Positions 8,779 to 18,244 of a stretch of DNA of 38,350 nt are shown here, piece by piece. Position 1 is the stretch's first letter; every line of letters begins with the position of its first letter. A model generated the notes under the pieces. It was given only the letters and a program-made list of their open reading frames with translations. It had not been told where the DNA came from and ran no database searches. The stretch spans positions 1-38,350 of the IMG/VR virus record IMGVR_UViG_3300048855_000199; one strand, 5' to 3'. This DNA comes from a virus (Duplodnaviria; Caudoviricetes). The translations under genes were made by a program, and so were the position numbers.

Positions 8779-9999
8779 CTAAGCGGCCATGGGTTGCGCC
8801 GGCTGCGGCGCGAGAGCCGCGCCAAGCATGCCGATCGGCGCGAGGTTGGTCTGTGCCGTGAGCTCATCTCCGCCGGCAGCCGGCGGCAGGTTTTCGAGCT
8901 TGCGCGCATAATTCCGGCTGTAGATGCCGTTCTGCACCATCGTGCTGTAGAACGAGGCACGTGCAGCACTATCGCCACGCAGTAGCCCTTCGAGATTGAA
9001 CTCGACCTTGACCTCTTTGCGCGTTTTCTCGTCCAGCAGATCGCGATAGATGGCGGCCTCGATATTCTTCAACATCGGACGTAGCCCTGTCTTCGTGAAC
9101 TGCAGGATGATCTGCTCGACGCCGGAGCCCCATGTCGTGACGCCTTCCGCGGCGTGCCCGATCATGATGGGCGGAACACCGAAAATGCGGCAGATCTGCT
9201 CGACGCTGAACTTGCGCGTCTCGAGCATCTGGGCATCTTGTGGGTTGATGGTCAGCTGCTGATACTTGAGACCGGCCTCCAGCACGGCCACTTTGCCGGC
9301 CAGTTGCGATCCAGAATACTGCTGCAGCATGTCGCTGAGCTGCTTGCGCTGTTCCGGCTTCAGCACCTGATCCGACGTCAGCAACCCCGACACCTGGAAG
9401 CCATTGGCGAACATCTTGCCGGCCATCTTCTCGCCGGCGAGCGCATTCCCGAGGGTGTTCCTGACAACGCCAATGGGCGACATGCCGCGGTCGCAGCCGG
9501 GAAGCCGCTGGCCGCGGACATGGAACATGCCGGACTCGCCGACAGTGCGCTCCTTGCCATCCTCCTTCACCGTGTAGACGCGTTCGTTTCGGCTGTTGCG
9601 CCCAACGTCCACGCAGAGAGGGTGCAGCGGAATGAGCGCCGTGATCCGGCCGCTGTTCGTCTTCTTCTCGGCGAAGAAGTTGCCGTCCAGGCAGAGCGAC
9701 ATCGCCGCCATCGACCAGAACTCGACCGCAGTGTCGTCGAGGTTCGGAAGGTCGTGCAGAAGCTCGTAGAGCGGATTATCGGTTGCCGGCTCGGCCCCGC
9801 CCTTGTCGTAGACGATGCACGGGAGGGTGCTCGCCGTCTTCGATAAAAGGCTCGTGCACGCCCAGAGGGCGTCGAGAGCCAACGCCTTTTCATAGTCGAC
9901 GGTCTCGCCGGACGTCGTTCCAAGCCCGAAGAACCCGCGCCAGAACTCGCCGTCGGTCAGCTTTATGGGCTTACCGACCCACCGATCGAAAAAGCCCAT
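8779..9999 (-). CDS. HK97-family portal protein
   Basis: DAQMLETRKFSVEQICRIFGVPPIMIG, WGSGVEQ and LLRGD motifs. Confidence 0.97.
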   Translation of the reverse strand: MGFFDRWVGKPIKLTDGEFWRGFFGLGTTSGETVDYEKALALDALWACTSLLSKTASTLPCIVYDKGGAEPATDNPLYELLHDLPNLDDTAVEFWSMAAMSLCLDGNFFAEKKTNSGRITALIPLHPLCVDVGRNSRNERVYTVKEDGKERTVGESGMFHVRGQRLPGCDRGMSPIGVVRNTLGNALAGEKMAGKMFANGFQVSGLLTSDQVLKPEQRKQLSDMLQQYSGSQLAGKVAVLEAGLKYQQLTINPQDAQMLETRKFSVEQICRIFGVPPIMIGHAAEGVTTWGSGVEQIILQFTKTGLRPMLKNIEAAIYRDLLDEKTRKEVKVEFNLEGLLRGDSAARASFYSTMVQNGIYSRNYARKLENLPPAAGGDELTAQTNLAPIGMLGAALAPQPAQPMAA

Positions 10000-11885
10000 T
10001 AGATCACCATGACCATGTTGTTGATGAAGTCGTCGAGGTTAGGAGCCGGCACGACGGCATCCGTGGCCGCGCCGATCGCCATCGCGAGCGCCACGGCCGC
10101 GTCAATGCGGGTCGTCGCCTTTGCCTTCACAAACCAGCGATTGTCTTGAGGATCGCGATCGAACGCGGCCCCCATGATCGCGGTCATAAGGACCGGACTG
10201 CGCCGCAAGCGAATTCGCCCATCGATGATAAGATTTTCAAGCTCGGTAATCGAGCCGGGCATCCATAGCCCCTGCGGGGGTGGAAGCCCGGCCGCCTTCG
10301 CGGCCTCGACCTTCTCCGGTTCGGGCCTCGCTCGGACCTTGCCGCCCTGCGGGTGGGCCACATGGTTGATCGTCAGGCCTATGGCCTCGCATTCCTCGCG
10401 AAACTTCTCATAGGCATAGCGGTCGTAGGCGAGCGCCTGGATGTCGAATATCTGATCCAACTCTGCGATGCGCGCAGCCACGAAGTCGTAGCGGATTCGC
10501 TTGCCGGGAGGCGCATGCAACCAGCCATCCCGCACCCACACGTCGTATGGAGCGTTGTCCGCCTTTACACGCTCGGCCAGCGTGTCCGCGGGCGTCCAGG
10601 CCTCGACCCATGCGTCGAAGGTCGGCAGATCGACTGTCGTGCCGTCCTCACGCTCCATGGTCTTGAACCCGGTCTGCACAACTGCAGCCGCCGCCGTCAG
10701 ATCTTTCGTTGCCGACAGGTCGGTGCTGAGGAAGACCTTCTTGCCAACGTGTTCAACTTCCGGATCGAACTCGTCCATGACGGACTCGATTGTCGCGCGC
10801 GACATCCAGGCCTCGTCCGCGTCCGTCCAGACGCAGAAGTGCAGTCGCAGGATGCCGTTCAGCCGGCCCGGGATGTCCCTAGCCTGAGCGACAACGCCCG
10901 CGAGGTACTCTTCGGTGAGGATCGTGCCGAGCAGCGGGTTCGCCTTCGGCCAGCACGACGGGTCCTCGATCGGGTCGTCGTCCTTGTCGAGCGAACAGAC
11001 ATACGAGAAGGTCGTGTCGTCGATGACGTCGCCCACGTAGGTGAAGTCGTCGTCTAATTCTCGCGTGCCCGCCGCCACACGAACGGCATGTTGATGCTCT
11101 TCCCAGCAGACCGAATTGCGATCCGAGCCGCTGTTCGTGATCATCAGCAGCAGAGGCTGCCGGCGGAATTTGAAGCCGCGCTCGAGCATCTCCATGATCG
11201 AGCGGTCGGGGTGCTCATGCACCTCGTCGCAGAGCGCGAAATGAGGGCGCGGGCCGGATCCGGTCTTGCCGGCATCCTTCGAGATTGGTCGGAAGAACGA
11301 CTGCGACGTATGGTGCGCGATATTGAATTCGCGCCCGAGTCCGCCGCTGAATTGAAGACGCTTTGAAAGCGCCGGCGAGCGCCGGACCATCTTGACGGCA
11401 TCCTGAAACAGGATCGCCGCCTGCTCTTTCTTGGCCGCGGCAGCATAAACCTGCGCGCCCGGCTCGCCATCGGCCGTCAGGCTGTACAACCCTACCCCGC
11501 CGGCGAACGGCGACTTGCCGTTGCCCTTACCCTCTTCGATGTAGGCTCGGCGAAACCGGCGCGTGCCGTCGGCGCGCATCCAACCGAACAGCGAGCCGAG
11601 CTTGAAGGCTTGGCTGGGGTGCAGCTTGAACGGCTGCCCCTCGAACTGTCCTTCGGAAAGCTTCAGTCCGCCCTCGAAGAACCGCATGACGTGGGCGGCG
11701 GCTGCCTCATCGAACCACAGACCGCGGTCGTGGCCAGTAGCCAAATCGTCAAAGTGCCGCCTGCACGCATTGCGGACGTGCGGCCCGGCGATGATCTTGC
11801 CGTCGAGCACGTCCTGCGCGTAGGCGCTCACCCTCGCAAGCGCCTCACCGGTTGAAGAGCTCGTCGTCTGGGTCTTTGTCGCCAT
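9999..11885 (-). CDS. terL: Terminase large subunit
   Basis: Walker A GKGNGKS, Walker B LCDEVHE, nuclease DLS...DL and RIDAAVALAMA. Confidence 0.97.
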   Translation of the reverse strand: MATKTQTTSSSTGEALARVSAYAQDVLDGKIIAGPHVRNACRRHFDDLATGHDRGLWFDEAAAAHVMRFFEGGLKLSEGQFEGQPFKLHPSQAFKLGSLFGWMRADGTRRFRRAYIEEGKGNGKSPFAGGVGLYSLTADGEPGAQVYAAAAKKEQAAILFQDAVKMVRRSPALSKRLQFSGGLGREFNIAHHTSQSFFRPISKDAGKTGSGPRPHFALCDEVHEHPDRSIMEMLERGFKFRRQPLLLMITNSGSDRNSVCWEEHQHAVRVAAGTRELDDDFTYVGDVIDDTTFSYVCSLDKDDDPIEDPSCWPKANPLLGTILTEEYLAGVVAQARDIPGRLNGILRLHFCVWTDADEAWMSRATIESVMDEFDPEVEHVGKKVFLSTDLSATKDLTAAAAVVQTGFKTMEREDGTTVDLPTFDAWVEAWTPADTLAERVKADNAPYDVWVRDGWLHAPPGKRIRYDFVAARIAELDQIFDIQALAYDRYAYEKFREECEAIGLTINHVAHPQGGKVRARPEPEKVEAAKAAGLPPPQGLWMPGSITELENLIIDGRIRLRRSPVLMTAIMGAAFDRDPQDNRWFVKAKATTRIDAAVALAMAIGAATDAVVPAPNLDDFINNMVMVI

Positions 11886-12240
11886 CGTCCGGATGCGAAA
11901 CCTTTGAAGCGTCAGCAGGCGTCGCGCCCATCTGCCCGAGGCACTGGCGGAGCAGGTTCATCGCCTGTACGCCGACCTCCTGGCCGGCCATCAGCCGCCC
12001 CTGAATGCTCGCCGCCATGCCGACCAAAAATCGGTGCGACTCGTTCAGCCACGGGATGTCCTTGGCGAAGAGGTTCCACGCCGAACGCGCCTTGCACGTA
12101 TCGGTGTCTTTAATCCAGGCTGGCGGAGGCCCGAGCGGCCCGCCCGCCTTAGGCTCAACACGCCCCTTCAGGCGCCCTGGATTGATCTTGTCTCGGCCTG
12201 CGGTTTTCGCCTTGGCCGAGGGCGTCCTTGGCCTCGGCAT
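11845..12240 (-). CDS. terS: Terminase small subunit (P27-like)
   Basis: MPRPRTP...PLGPPPAW...LGQMGATPADASKV; directly upstream of TerL. Confidence 0.88.
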   Translation of the reverse strand: MPRPRTPSAKAKTAGRDKINPGRLKGRVEPKAGGPLGPPPAWIKDTDTCKARSAWNLFAKDIPWLNESHRFLVGMAASIQGRLMAGQEVGVQAMNLLRQCLGQMGATPADASKVSHPDDGDKDPDDELFNR

Positions 12241-12498
12241 TGGCTCACCCTTGGGTCATATTTTGAATTGCAGATGCGTGCGTTCTCGGGGGACGGCGGT
12301 CCGGCGATCGGAAGGTGTGTGACTTTTGCCACACCCCTCCCCACCAGTTGCAAAAATGCAACACGTTCCAAAATGGCACATTTCGTAAGGACGATCAGCC
12401 GAGCGTGCGGCCACTCGCGATTATACCGCGAATCTCCGGTGTCGTCAAGTAAAAGTTGAATAAAATCAGCTGTTTAGCCGGAATTTTCAACGTTCTTC
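12241..12498. other. Probable cos/packaging-site region with an IHF-like site
   Basis: Non-coding gap between HNH and TerS (the usual cos position in HK97-like phages); AATCAG-CTGT-TTA at 12464-12476 fits IHF WATCAR-N4-TTR with an upstream A/T tract. Confidence 0.55.
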
Positions 12499-12819
12499 TC
12501 AGGTCGGCCACCCGTCAGGCCCGAAGGTCACGACCACCTGGCCCAGGTCGATGCGTTGCTTCGTGCTGTCATGGCAGTGCTTGCAGAGGGACTGCAGGTT
12601 TCGGGGATCAAAGAACAGATCCTCGTCGCCCCGATGCGGCACCACGTGGTCGACGACTTCGGCTGCAGTCACGATCTCACGCTCGATGCACATGCAACAC
12701 AGCGGGAACTCGGATAGGTGCGCGATGCGTAACGCCAGCCATCGTGCAGTCTTATAGAGACGGCGCCATGGGCGCCTGTCATCCAATGCACGGCACCCAT
12801 GACGGGCGGCACGCGTCAC
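12499..12819 (-). CDS. Terminase-associated HNH endonuclease (HK97 gp74-like)
   Basis: PLCCMC...VVDHVVPHRGD...NLQSLCKHCHD. Confidence 0.93.
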   Translation of the reverse strand: MTRAARHGCRALDDRRPWRRLYKTARWLALRIAHLSEFPLCCMCIEREIVTAAEVVDHVVPHRGDEDLFFDPRNLQSLCKHCHDSTKQRIDLGQVVVTFGPDGWPT

Positions 12820-13087
12820 GCAATCGCTGAATGATCCGTTCGATGAGGGACATGCGAGGCTCCAGTGAAACGCGACCGGGGAGCACGCCGAAGCGGCTCA
12901 ACCCGGTCGCAACCGCCTTGCGGCGATGGGGTGTGTGGGGGTGGTGTAAGCGGCGGCAATGCGCCGGTGTCGGTGCGGCGCTCGTCGTCGAAACAAATGA
13001 GCCGCCCCGTTGCCCGGGGCTTAACGCGATCCCGGTGGGGCGGCTCTGGTGTCCGGCTCACTCCGGACGCTCTATTGGCTGATGGTT

Positions 13088-13131
13088 GATATATAGCACA
13101 GTAGAGCACTTATGGGCACTTGCGTCAGCAC
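13088..13131 (-). promoter_or_regulatory. Putative late promoter with phased repeats
   Basis: GCAC repeats at 13096, 13106, 13116 and 13128 next to a minus-strand CTATAT (-10-like) element upstream of the packaging operon. Confidence 0.4.
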
Positions 13132-14097
13132 TTAGGCAGCGAGGTCTATCCTTGCGAGCCCGTATTCCTTCACCAGCCTGCGCAGTCCGGATACCAGTAG
13201 TTCTTTGGCTTCCTTTTGGATTTGCGTGCTGTCACCCCGCAATCCGGACGGTCGGGCTGCATCTCGCACCGTCTTCTCATCCAGCACCACGGCCATGATG
13301 ACGCGAAGTTCGATCGGTCTCAGGATGGCAACCGCCGCCCGCCATGCCTGCCTGCGGGCAGCCTCCCGCACGGTGCGCGGCATGTGGCTCGACTCACCGC
13401 CGCTGCTATCGACGATCGGCTTGGAGTAGTCGAACGAGTCCAGGCCACCGGCCAAGCCGCTGTAGTACCAGTCCTGGTAGAACCGCACGCCAGCGGAATA
13501 GAGCAGCTCGTTGATGGCCTCGTCTTTGTCGAGCTGGCCGCGCTCGAACATGCGATGGAAGGGACTGCGGAACACGCCACCGGCGCGCGGATCATTGTCG
13601 TTCGCGGCCTGCCGCATCCGCTCCGGTGTCGGACCGTTGTCGATGCTGGGGACGCCGGCCAGCGTTACGCCATTGCGCTTGGTGGTGGCGACCGCCTTGG
13701 CGCCCCAGAAATGGCGCGTGAGGTCTTCCAGCCCCGCGGCAAGGGAATGCAGGCTGTCGGGGTTGAATCGCGGCTCACGGGCCACGAGAGCCTGCACAAC
13801 AACACGCCGACGCTCGTCGGTCCGGATTGCCTCGGCAGCGGCCTCGTAGCGGACCTTGGCCTCGCGCTGTTGGCAGCGAACCTGCGACCACGTGCCGTTG
13901 GGATTGCGCATGGAATACCAGACGCTCTTGCCGGGATCCTTGCCGTTGAAGGCTAGCTTTCCGAGGTCGTGGAAGATCTGCCCGGCGTCGCGCTCGATAA
14001 CGGCGATGTCATTTGCGGTGGTGAGAGCGGCCAGCATGGCGAGGGGCTGGTCGGTGGGGACGGTGGCGGTGGGGGCGGTAGCGGAAAGGTCGGTCAT
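13132..14097 (-). CDS. Hypothetical protein, probable late transcription regulator (C-terminal HTH/sigma4-like segment)
   Basis: GGAG RBS; last gene before the packaging module; C-terminus VIMAVVLDEKTVRDAA...KELLVSGLRRL. Confidence 0.6.
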   Translation of the reverse strand: MTDLSATAPTATVPTDQPLAMLAALTTANDIAVIERDAGQIFHDLGKLAFNGKDPGKSVWYSMRNPNGTWSQVRCQQREAKVRYEAAAEAIRTDERRRVVVQALVAREPRFNPDSLHSLAAGLEDLTRHFWGAKAVATTKRNGVTLAGVPSIDNGPTPERMRQAANDNDPRAGGVFRSPFHRMFERGQLDKDEAINELLYSAGVRFYQDWYYSGLAGGLDSFDYSKPIVDSSGGESSHMPRTVREAARRQAWRAAVAILRPIELRVIMAVVLDEKTVRDAARPSGLRGDSTQIQKEAKELLVSGLRRLVKEYGLARIDLAA

Positions 14098-14151
14098 CGA
14101 AACTCCGAAAATCGGAGGGTGGTGCGTGGCGCCGGCACGAGGCTACGGCGG

Positions 14152-14559
14152 TCAGGCATCCGTGGTGGCGACGAGGCGCTGGTGGACAAGGGCCAGCGTC
14201 AGCGCGGCGGCTTCGTCTTCGTTGGCGGGTGCAATCACGACGACAGGATCGAAGCCCAGCTCGAGGATCTCGGCATGCGACTCGATCTGCTCGTCGGACA
14301 GCACGCCGTCCGTGGTTTTGTATTCGATCTGCAGGAGGCGAGCCCCGGGCAGGTAAATGTTCAGGTCAGGCTCGCCGGGCGCCAGCCCGGTGGCTTGGGC
14401 TATGGCTCGGTCACGTGGGCTGCGCCGGCCGGCGTTCATGCTGGCCGCCCACCGGATTGGCAGGCCGGCCTTCTTGGCGAGGAACAGCGCGCGAACCGCG
14501 GCGTGCTGCAGCCTCCACTCTGGGATGCGACGCGCACCCTCTTTCGCTGATCTTGTAAT
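14152..14559 (-). CDS. VRR-NUC (PD-(D/E)XK) nuclease, probably starting at a non-canonical ATT
   Basis: GLAPGEPDL...IEYKT..G.LSDEQ motif. The frame stays open upstream of the ATG at 14439 through PEWRLQHAAVRAL to GGAGGAG-N6-ATT at 14559. Confidence 0.8.
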   Translation of the reverse strand: MTRSAKEGARRIPEWRLQHAAVRALFLAKKAGLPIRWAASMNAGRRSPRDRAIAQATGLAPGEPDLNIYLPGARLLQIEYKTTDGVLSDEQIESHAEILELGFDPVVVIAPANEDEAAALTLALVHQRLVATTDA

Positions 14560-14745
14560 TATATACTCCTCCAGAAATTAGACCCTCTTTTTAGGGTAGA
14601 TGTGTTACCCCCCTATATTTACAATTAATATATATGAACACTATATTAGATAAGGGTTTCCGCGGTTGTAAAAGGGGTCTGATTTTTTACAATCTTACAA
14701 CCACGTGATTGCAACTTGCAGAAATTTCCAGGCGGTTTTGCAAGC
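14553..14745. repeat. AT-rich region with TT(A/G)CAA repeats; candidate replication origin
   Basis: TTACAA/TTGTAA at about 14553, 14619, 14666, 14687 and 14695; TTGCAA at 14709 and 14738; strongly AT-rich and immediately downstream of the primase gene. Confidence 0.45.
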
Positions 14746-14750
14746 ATCTT

Positions 14751-17045
14751 TCAAGCAGCCTCAGCGGCCTCCATTGCGTTGGTTAGACGGAGCCCGCCGG
14801 CTCCCCCGCGCGTGCCCCTGGTACGCACGACCTCGCCCACTCGCACGAGACGGTCGACAGCCGCATTGACATGCCGGTCCTCGGCCTTGGAGATGCCCTT
14901 GACGCGCAGAAGGTGCGACATGGGCATGCTGCCGTCCTTGCTCTTGTGCAGGGCCGCCAGGATGGCCTTGCAGAGCGACTCGAAGTCTGACGACGCCATG
15001 TGGTCGCGCACGCCGCGGTCGAGGCAATCGAGCGAGCGCTGCACGATGGCATAGCCCCATTCGACGTCGTCCTGCGTGACTTTGGCGGTGACGCCGTCGC
15101 GTGACAGTGCCCGGATCGTGGCGAGCTTGATAGTCTGCTCGGCGGTGCGCCCGATGATGCCCTCGATACCGCCACGCTCTTCGATTTCGGAGATCTGCCA
15201 ATCCTCGATCTCGAGCCAGCGCGCCTCGACGGCAGGGCTCTCCCACGGCACGACGTGCATCGGCGGACGGGCATTGGCCACGCGCACGCCACCAAGGTTG
15301 CCGGTGCCGAACTGCTGATTGGCCGCTGCCTTGATCACCGCCTGCAGCGAGGGCGGCGTCACCATCACCGGCGGTGCCCTGCGGCGCTCCGGCGTCTCGG
15401 TGGCGTGGATCACCGTCATGCGGTTCAAGAAGCCGTCGGACAGGTTGCCGTCGGCCAGTCCGTCGTAGAACGTGCTCGGCGTGGTCATGCCCAAGATGGA
15501 CAGCGTCGGGCAATACACCGGCTCCGGGTCGTCCCGCTTGGGGTCGGCATACTGCTTGCCCGACCACATGTCGGTCGAGAGGCTGTACACCTCCAGGAGC
15601 GCACGGCGAACCGTGCGCGTCCAGGATGACGCGTTGCGACCGTTCACGCCCTGGAGGACGAGGCCAAACTCATCCCATGCCACGACGAGCGACGGATCGC
15701 GCCGAAGCGCCCGCTCGATCGCCGAGTCCGCAGTAAAGTCGCCGGCGATGACCATGCGCTGCAAGCCGCAGTCGACGGCGAGCGTCTTGAGTGCCTTCAG
15801 CGGGAGGCCCTTTCCGTGGGCAGAGGAGCCCAGCCCGACGAAGTAGACGTTGAGGCCGGCACCGGTAGGCCCGACGCAGCGGCGGCCGTACAGCCCCGCT
15901 AGGAACGTCACGGCGGCCATGGTCGCGAACTCCGGCACCGGGCGTCGACCGTTAGCAATCACCCAGTCGTGGATAACGTGCAGCAGCCCTCCAGCCGACG
16001 CTGCCGTGAACGGGTTAACGGTTCCGCGAGGCGCGGCGACAGGGGCCGGTGTGGCAGGCTGTGGCGCTATGGGCTGGGGGGACGTTTTCGGAAACCAGGG
16101 CTCCAGGCCGTAGAGGTCGGGCTCCTGAAACCCGAGCCGCTCACGCAGCCACTGGTCGGCGAAGTCCAGGCCGCAGCCGAGAGCCGCCATGACGAGATCG
16201 ATGGGCGTGTAGCCGCGATCGCCGTCGTGGAAGTCTTTGATGCCCGACGTGGTGATCTTGAGGTTCGGGTTGCGCTGGTGCGTCGGGCGACCGCGATTGG
16301 ACGGTCGCCAGAACGGCACGGCGACATAGCCGCGCGACGTGCGCTTGAGCTTCGGCAGGTCGAGCGCGGGCACCCACTGGTCTAGGTCCTGGAGGGCGCG
16401 GGCGTTCAGGTCACGCCAGATGCTGTGGCCATAGCCGTCGCCCTGGGCGCGAGGGGTTTGCGTCGGAGCATAGCCGAACGGCTCGAGCGCCTCTGCGATG
16501 CGCTCGGCGATGTCTGGGGTAAGTTCGGGCAGCGCGTCGGGCGACACTGTCTCGAGCGCATCGCCGATCCACTGATACGGCTGGCCGGTGTCGGGGTGGA
16601 TCGTGGGCGGCACGACGGTCTGCTTGCCGTGCGCGAGTAGATCGACGACGCGTTCGTTGTTGACGTTGAAGGCCGCCGCCTTGATTTCCGGGCCGCCGCG
16701 GTAGAAGGCCGTAAAGCCTTTCTGCCCGCGCTTCATGATCGGGGATTCGGGGATGACTGCCGCGAGTGCCGCGCAAAGCGCCGGGTCGTCGGTGTCGACA
16801 TCGACGGCAACGACGCCAGCAAACCCGAGCGCTACGCACACGCCGGCATCCGGCCACTTCTCCCATGCCCGGGTTTCGAAGTCGGTCGGGGCGCGGTTGC
16901 AGTATTGCTGCCAGTCATTCCGACCATACCACTGGCCGAAGCTGTAGGAGCCCGGGCGCTTGGATCCGGGGCGGCATGGTATGGCGCTGAAGCCTTGGTC
17001 GACGAGGGTCGAGCCGACGAGGTTGTAGGGGGAAGGTTGTGACAT
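14751..17045 (-). CDS. Bifunctional primase/polymerase (Prim-Pol) fused to a DUF3987-type helicase domain
   Basis: N-terminal VAVDVD and VVPPTIHPDTGQPYQW (Prim-Pol); C-terminal GSSAHGKG, WDEFG, GMTTP and DGFLNR. Confidence 0.88.
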   Translation of the reverse strand: MSQPSPYNLVGSTLVDQGFSAIPCRPGSKRPGSYSFGQWYGRNDWQQYCNRAPTDFETRAWEKWPDAGVCVALGFAGVVAVDVDTDDPALCAALAAVIPESPIMKRGQKGFTAFYRGGPEIKAAAFNVNNERVVDLLAHGKQTVVPPTIHPDTGQPYQWIGDALETVSPDALPELTPDIAERIAEALEPFGYAPTQTPRAQGDGYGHSIWRDLNARALQDLDQWVPALDLPKLKRTSRGYVAVPFWRPSNRGRPTHQRNPNLKITTSGIKDFHDGDRGYTPIDLVMAALGCGLDFADQWLRERLGFQEPDLYGLEPWFPKTSPQPIAPQPATPAPVAAPRGTVNPFTAASAGGLLHVIHDWVIANGRRPVPEFATMAAVTFLAGLYGRRCVGPTGAGLNVYFVGLGSSAHGKGLPLKALKTLAVDCGLQRMVIAGDFTADSAIERALRRDPSLVVAWDEFGLVLQGVNGRNASSWTRTVRRALLEVYSLSTDMWSGKQYADPKRDDPEPVYCPTLSILGMTTPSTFYDGLADGNLSDGFLNRMTVIHATETPERRRAPPVMVTPPSLQAVIKAAANQQFGTGNLGGVRVANARPPMHVVPWESPAVEARWLEIEDWQISEIEERGGIEGIIGRTAEQTIKLATIRALSRDGVTAKVTQDDVEWGYAIVQRSLDCLDRGVRDHMASSDFESLCKAILAALHKSKDGSMPMSHLLRVKGISKAEDRHVNAAVDRLVRVGEVVRTRGTRGGAGGLRLTNAMEAAEAA

Positions 17046-17089
17046 GCACCGTACCGAGGTAAGAGCAATTGAAGCGAATTTGGGGGGGG

Positions 17090-17794
17090 ATGGCTGTGGG
17101 TACCATCATCAGGTACTGCGGAGAGTGCCGGGCGAACACACAAAGAGTAGCTGAATATGCGTGGCCGGTAGTAGATGTGGGGTACAGGACTGTTTTCCGC
17201 TGCATCGTCTGTAACCGACTTTCGATATACCTGGTAGCAAGTACAGCAAAAACATTGCCACAAAAAGACCCGGTCACGTATTCAGGGTCACTGGACGTCA
17301 GCATACATGGGCTAATAGGCTACACCACCTCATCGACGCCAGAGTTTCCGGTCGACGTGGGAGCTAACGCGAAAGAGGAGGTGCCAGAACGCATTAGAGC
17401 GCTATTCCGCGAGGCCTCAGCATGCCGCGCTCTGGGGAACTCTGAGGCGGCTGGTTGCATGTTTCGCAAGACTATCGATGTGTCGACTAAGTGGCTGTAC
17501 ATGCACGACGCTCGACTGACTGGAAAGAAGCCAGCCGACAACCTTCGCGCGCGAATTTCGGGTTTGAACGGCATGGGCATCATTGACGATGAGCTGGCCG
17601 GGCTCGCTGACATCGCTGCTCTGGATGGCAACGACGCGGCTCACGATTTTGATCCATATACTCCAGAGGAGGCAGAGGTGCTGGAAGAGTTGACGCGCGA
17701 CTTTCTCGATCGTGTGTTTGTGCGCCCAGCAAGGAGGGAAGCAGTCAAGCAGAAGCAGATCGCATCCGGCCTCAGGAAAGCCCCCCCGGAATAG
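17090..17794 (+). CDS. DUF4145 (HEPN-like) protein with N-terminal Zn ribbon; antisense moron
   Basis: CGEC...CIVC; VPERIRALFREASAC...AAGCMFRKTID...GNDAAH; lower GC than its flanks. Confidence 0.8.
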   Translation: MAVGTIIRYCGECRANTQRVAEYAWPVVDVGYRTVFRCIVCNRLSIYLVASTAKTLPQKDPVTYSGSLDVSIHGLIGYTTSSTPEFPVDVGANAKEEVPERIRALFREASACRALGNSEAAGCMFRKTIDVSTKWLYMHDARLTGKKPADNLRARISGLNGMGIIDDELAGLADIAALDGNDAAHDFDPYTPEEAEVLEELTRDFLDRVFVRPARREAVKQKQIASGLRKAPPE

Positions 17795-17932
17795 CGTCGG
17801 CGCACACCCCCCTTCAGCCGCCCCTCTCCCCAGACGCGCCATGTGCTGTACCGCACCTGCATACCCGTGATTTCCGGCGATGTTGGATTACGGGTTTTGG
17901 CCACTGGCCGGGCGCAAGCTAGGGAGGCTAGG

Positions 17933-18244
17933 ATGCATAACACTCTCTTCAAATTTGAAGGCGCAAAGGCCGCGCGAGGGACGCCGGACGAAGTTCTCGA
18001 CGCGATCTGGGCAGGGTCATCGCCGTTGAAGGCGATGCGGTCTTACCGCCAGATGACGATCTCGGATCTCGCGGTTGCGTCCGGCTTGGACAAGGCAACC
18101 ATTCTTCAGCTCGAGATCGAGCAGAGACCCATCGCCGTCGTCGAGGCGCAGGCATTGGCGGGCAGCCTGGATGTTTCAGCGGACGTGCTGCTCGCCAATC
18201 CCGTGTTCAAAATGGAGCTCTGTGCTCACGAATTTGCTTCCTGA
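17933..18244 (+). CDS. XRE-family HTH protein (HigA antitoxin-like)
   Basis: GGGAGG RBS; SPLKAMRSYRQMTISDLAVASGLDKATILQLE...ALAGSLDVSADVL. Confidence 0.8.
   Translation: MHNTLFKFEGAKAARGTPDEVLDAIWAGSSPLKAMRSYRQMTISDLAVASGLDKATILQLEIEQRPIAVVEAQALAGSLDVSADVLLANPVFKMELCAHEFAS

Noticed and set aside
1-12240. Gene transfer agent cluster
   Set aside because: GTA-like tail genes are present, but the HNH/cos-type packaging, replication and immunity modules indicate a true phage
12830-13075. tRNA gene
   Set aside because: No recognisable T-loop (GTTCRA), D-loop or cloverleaf spacing
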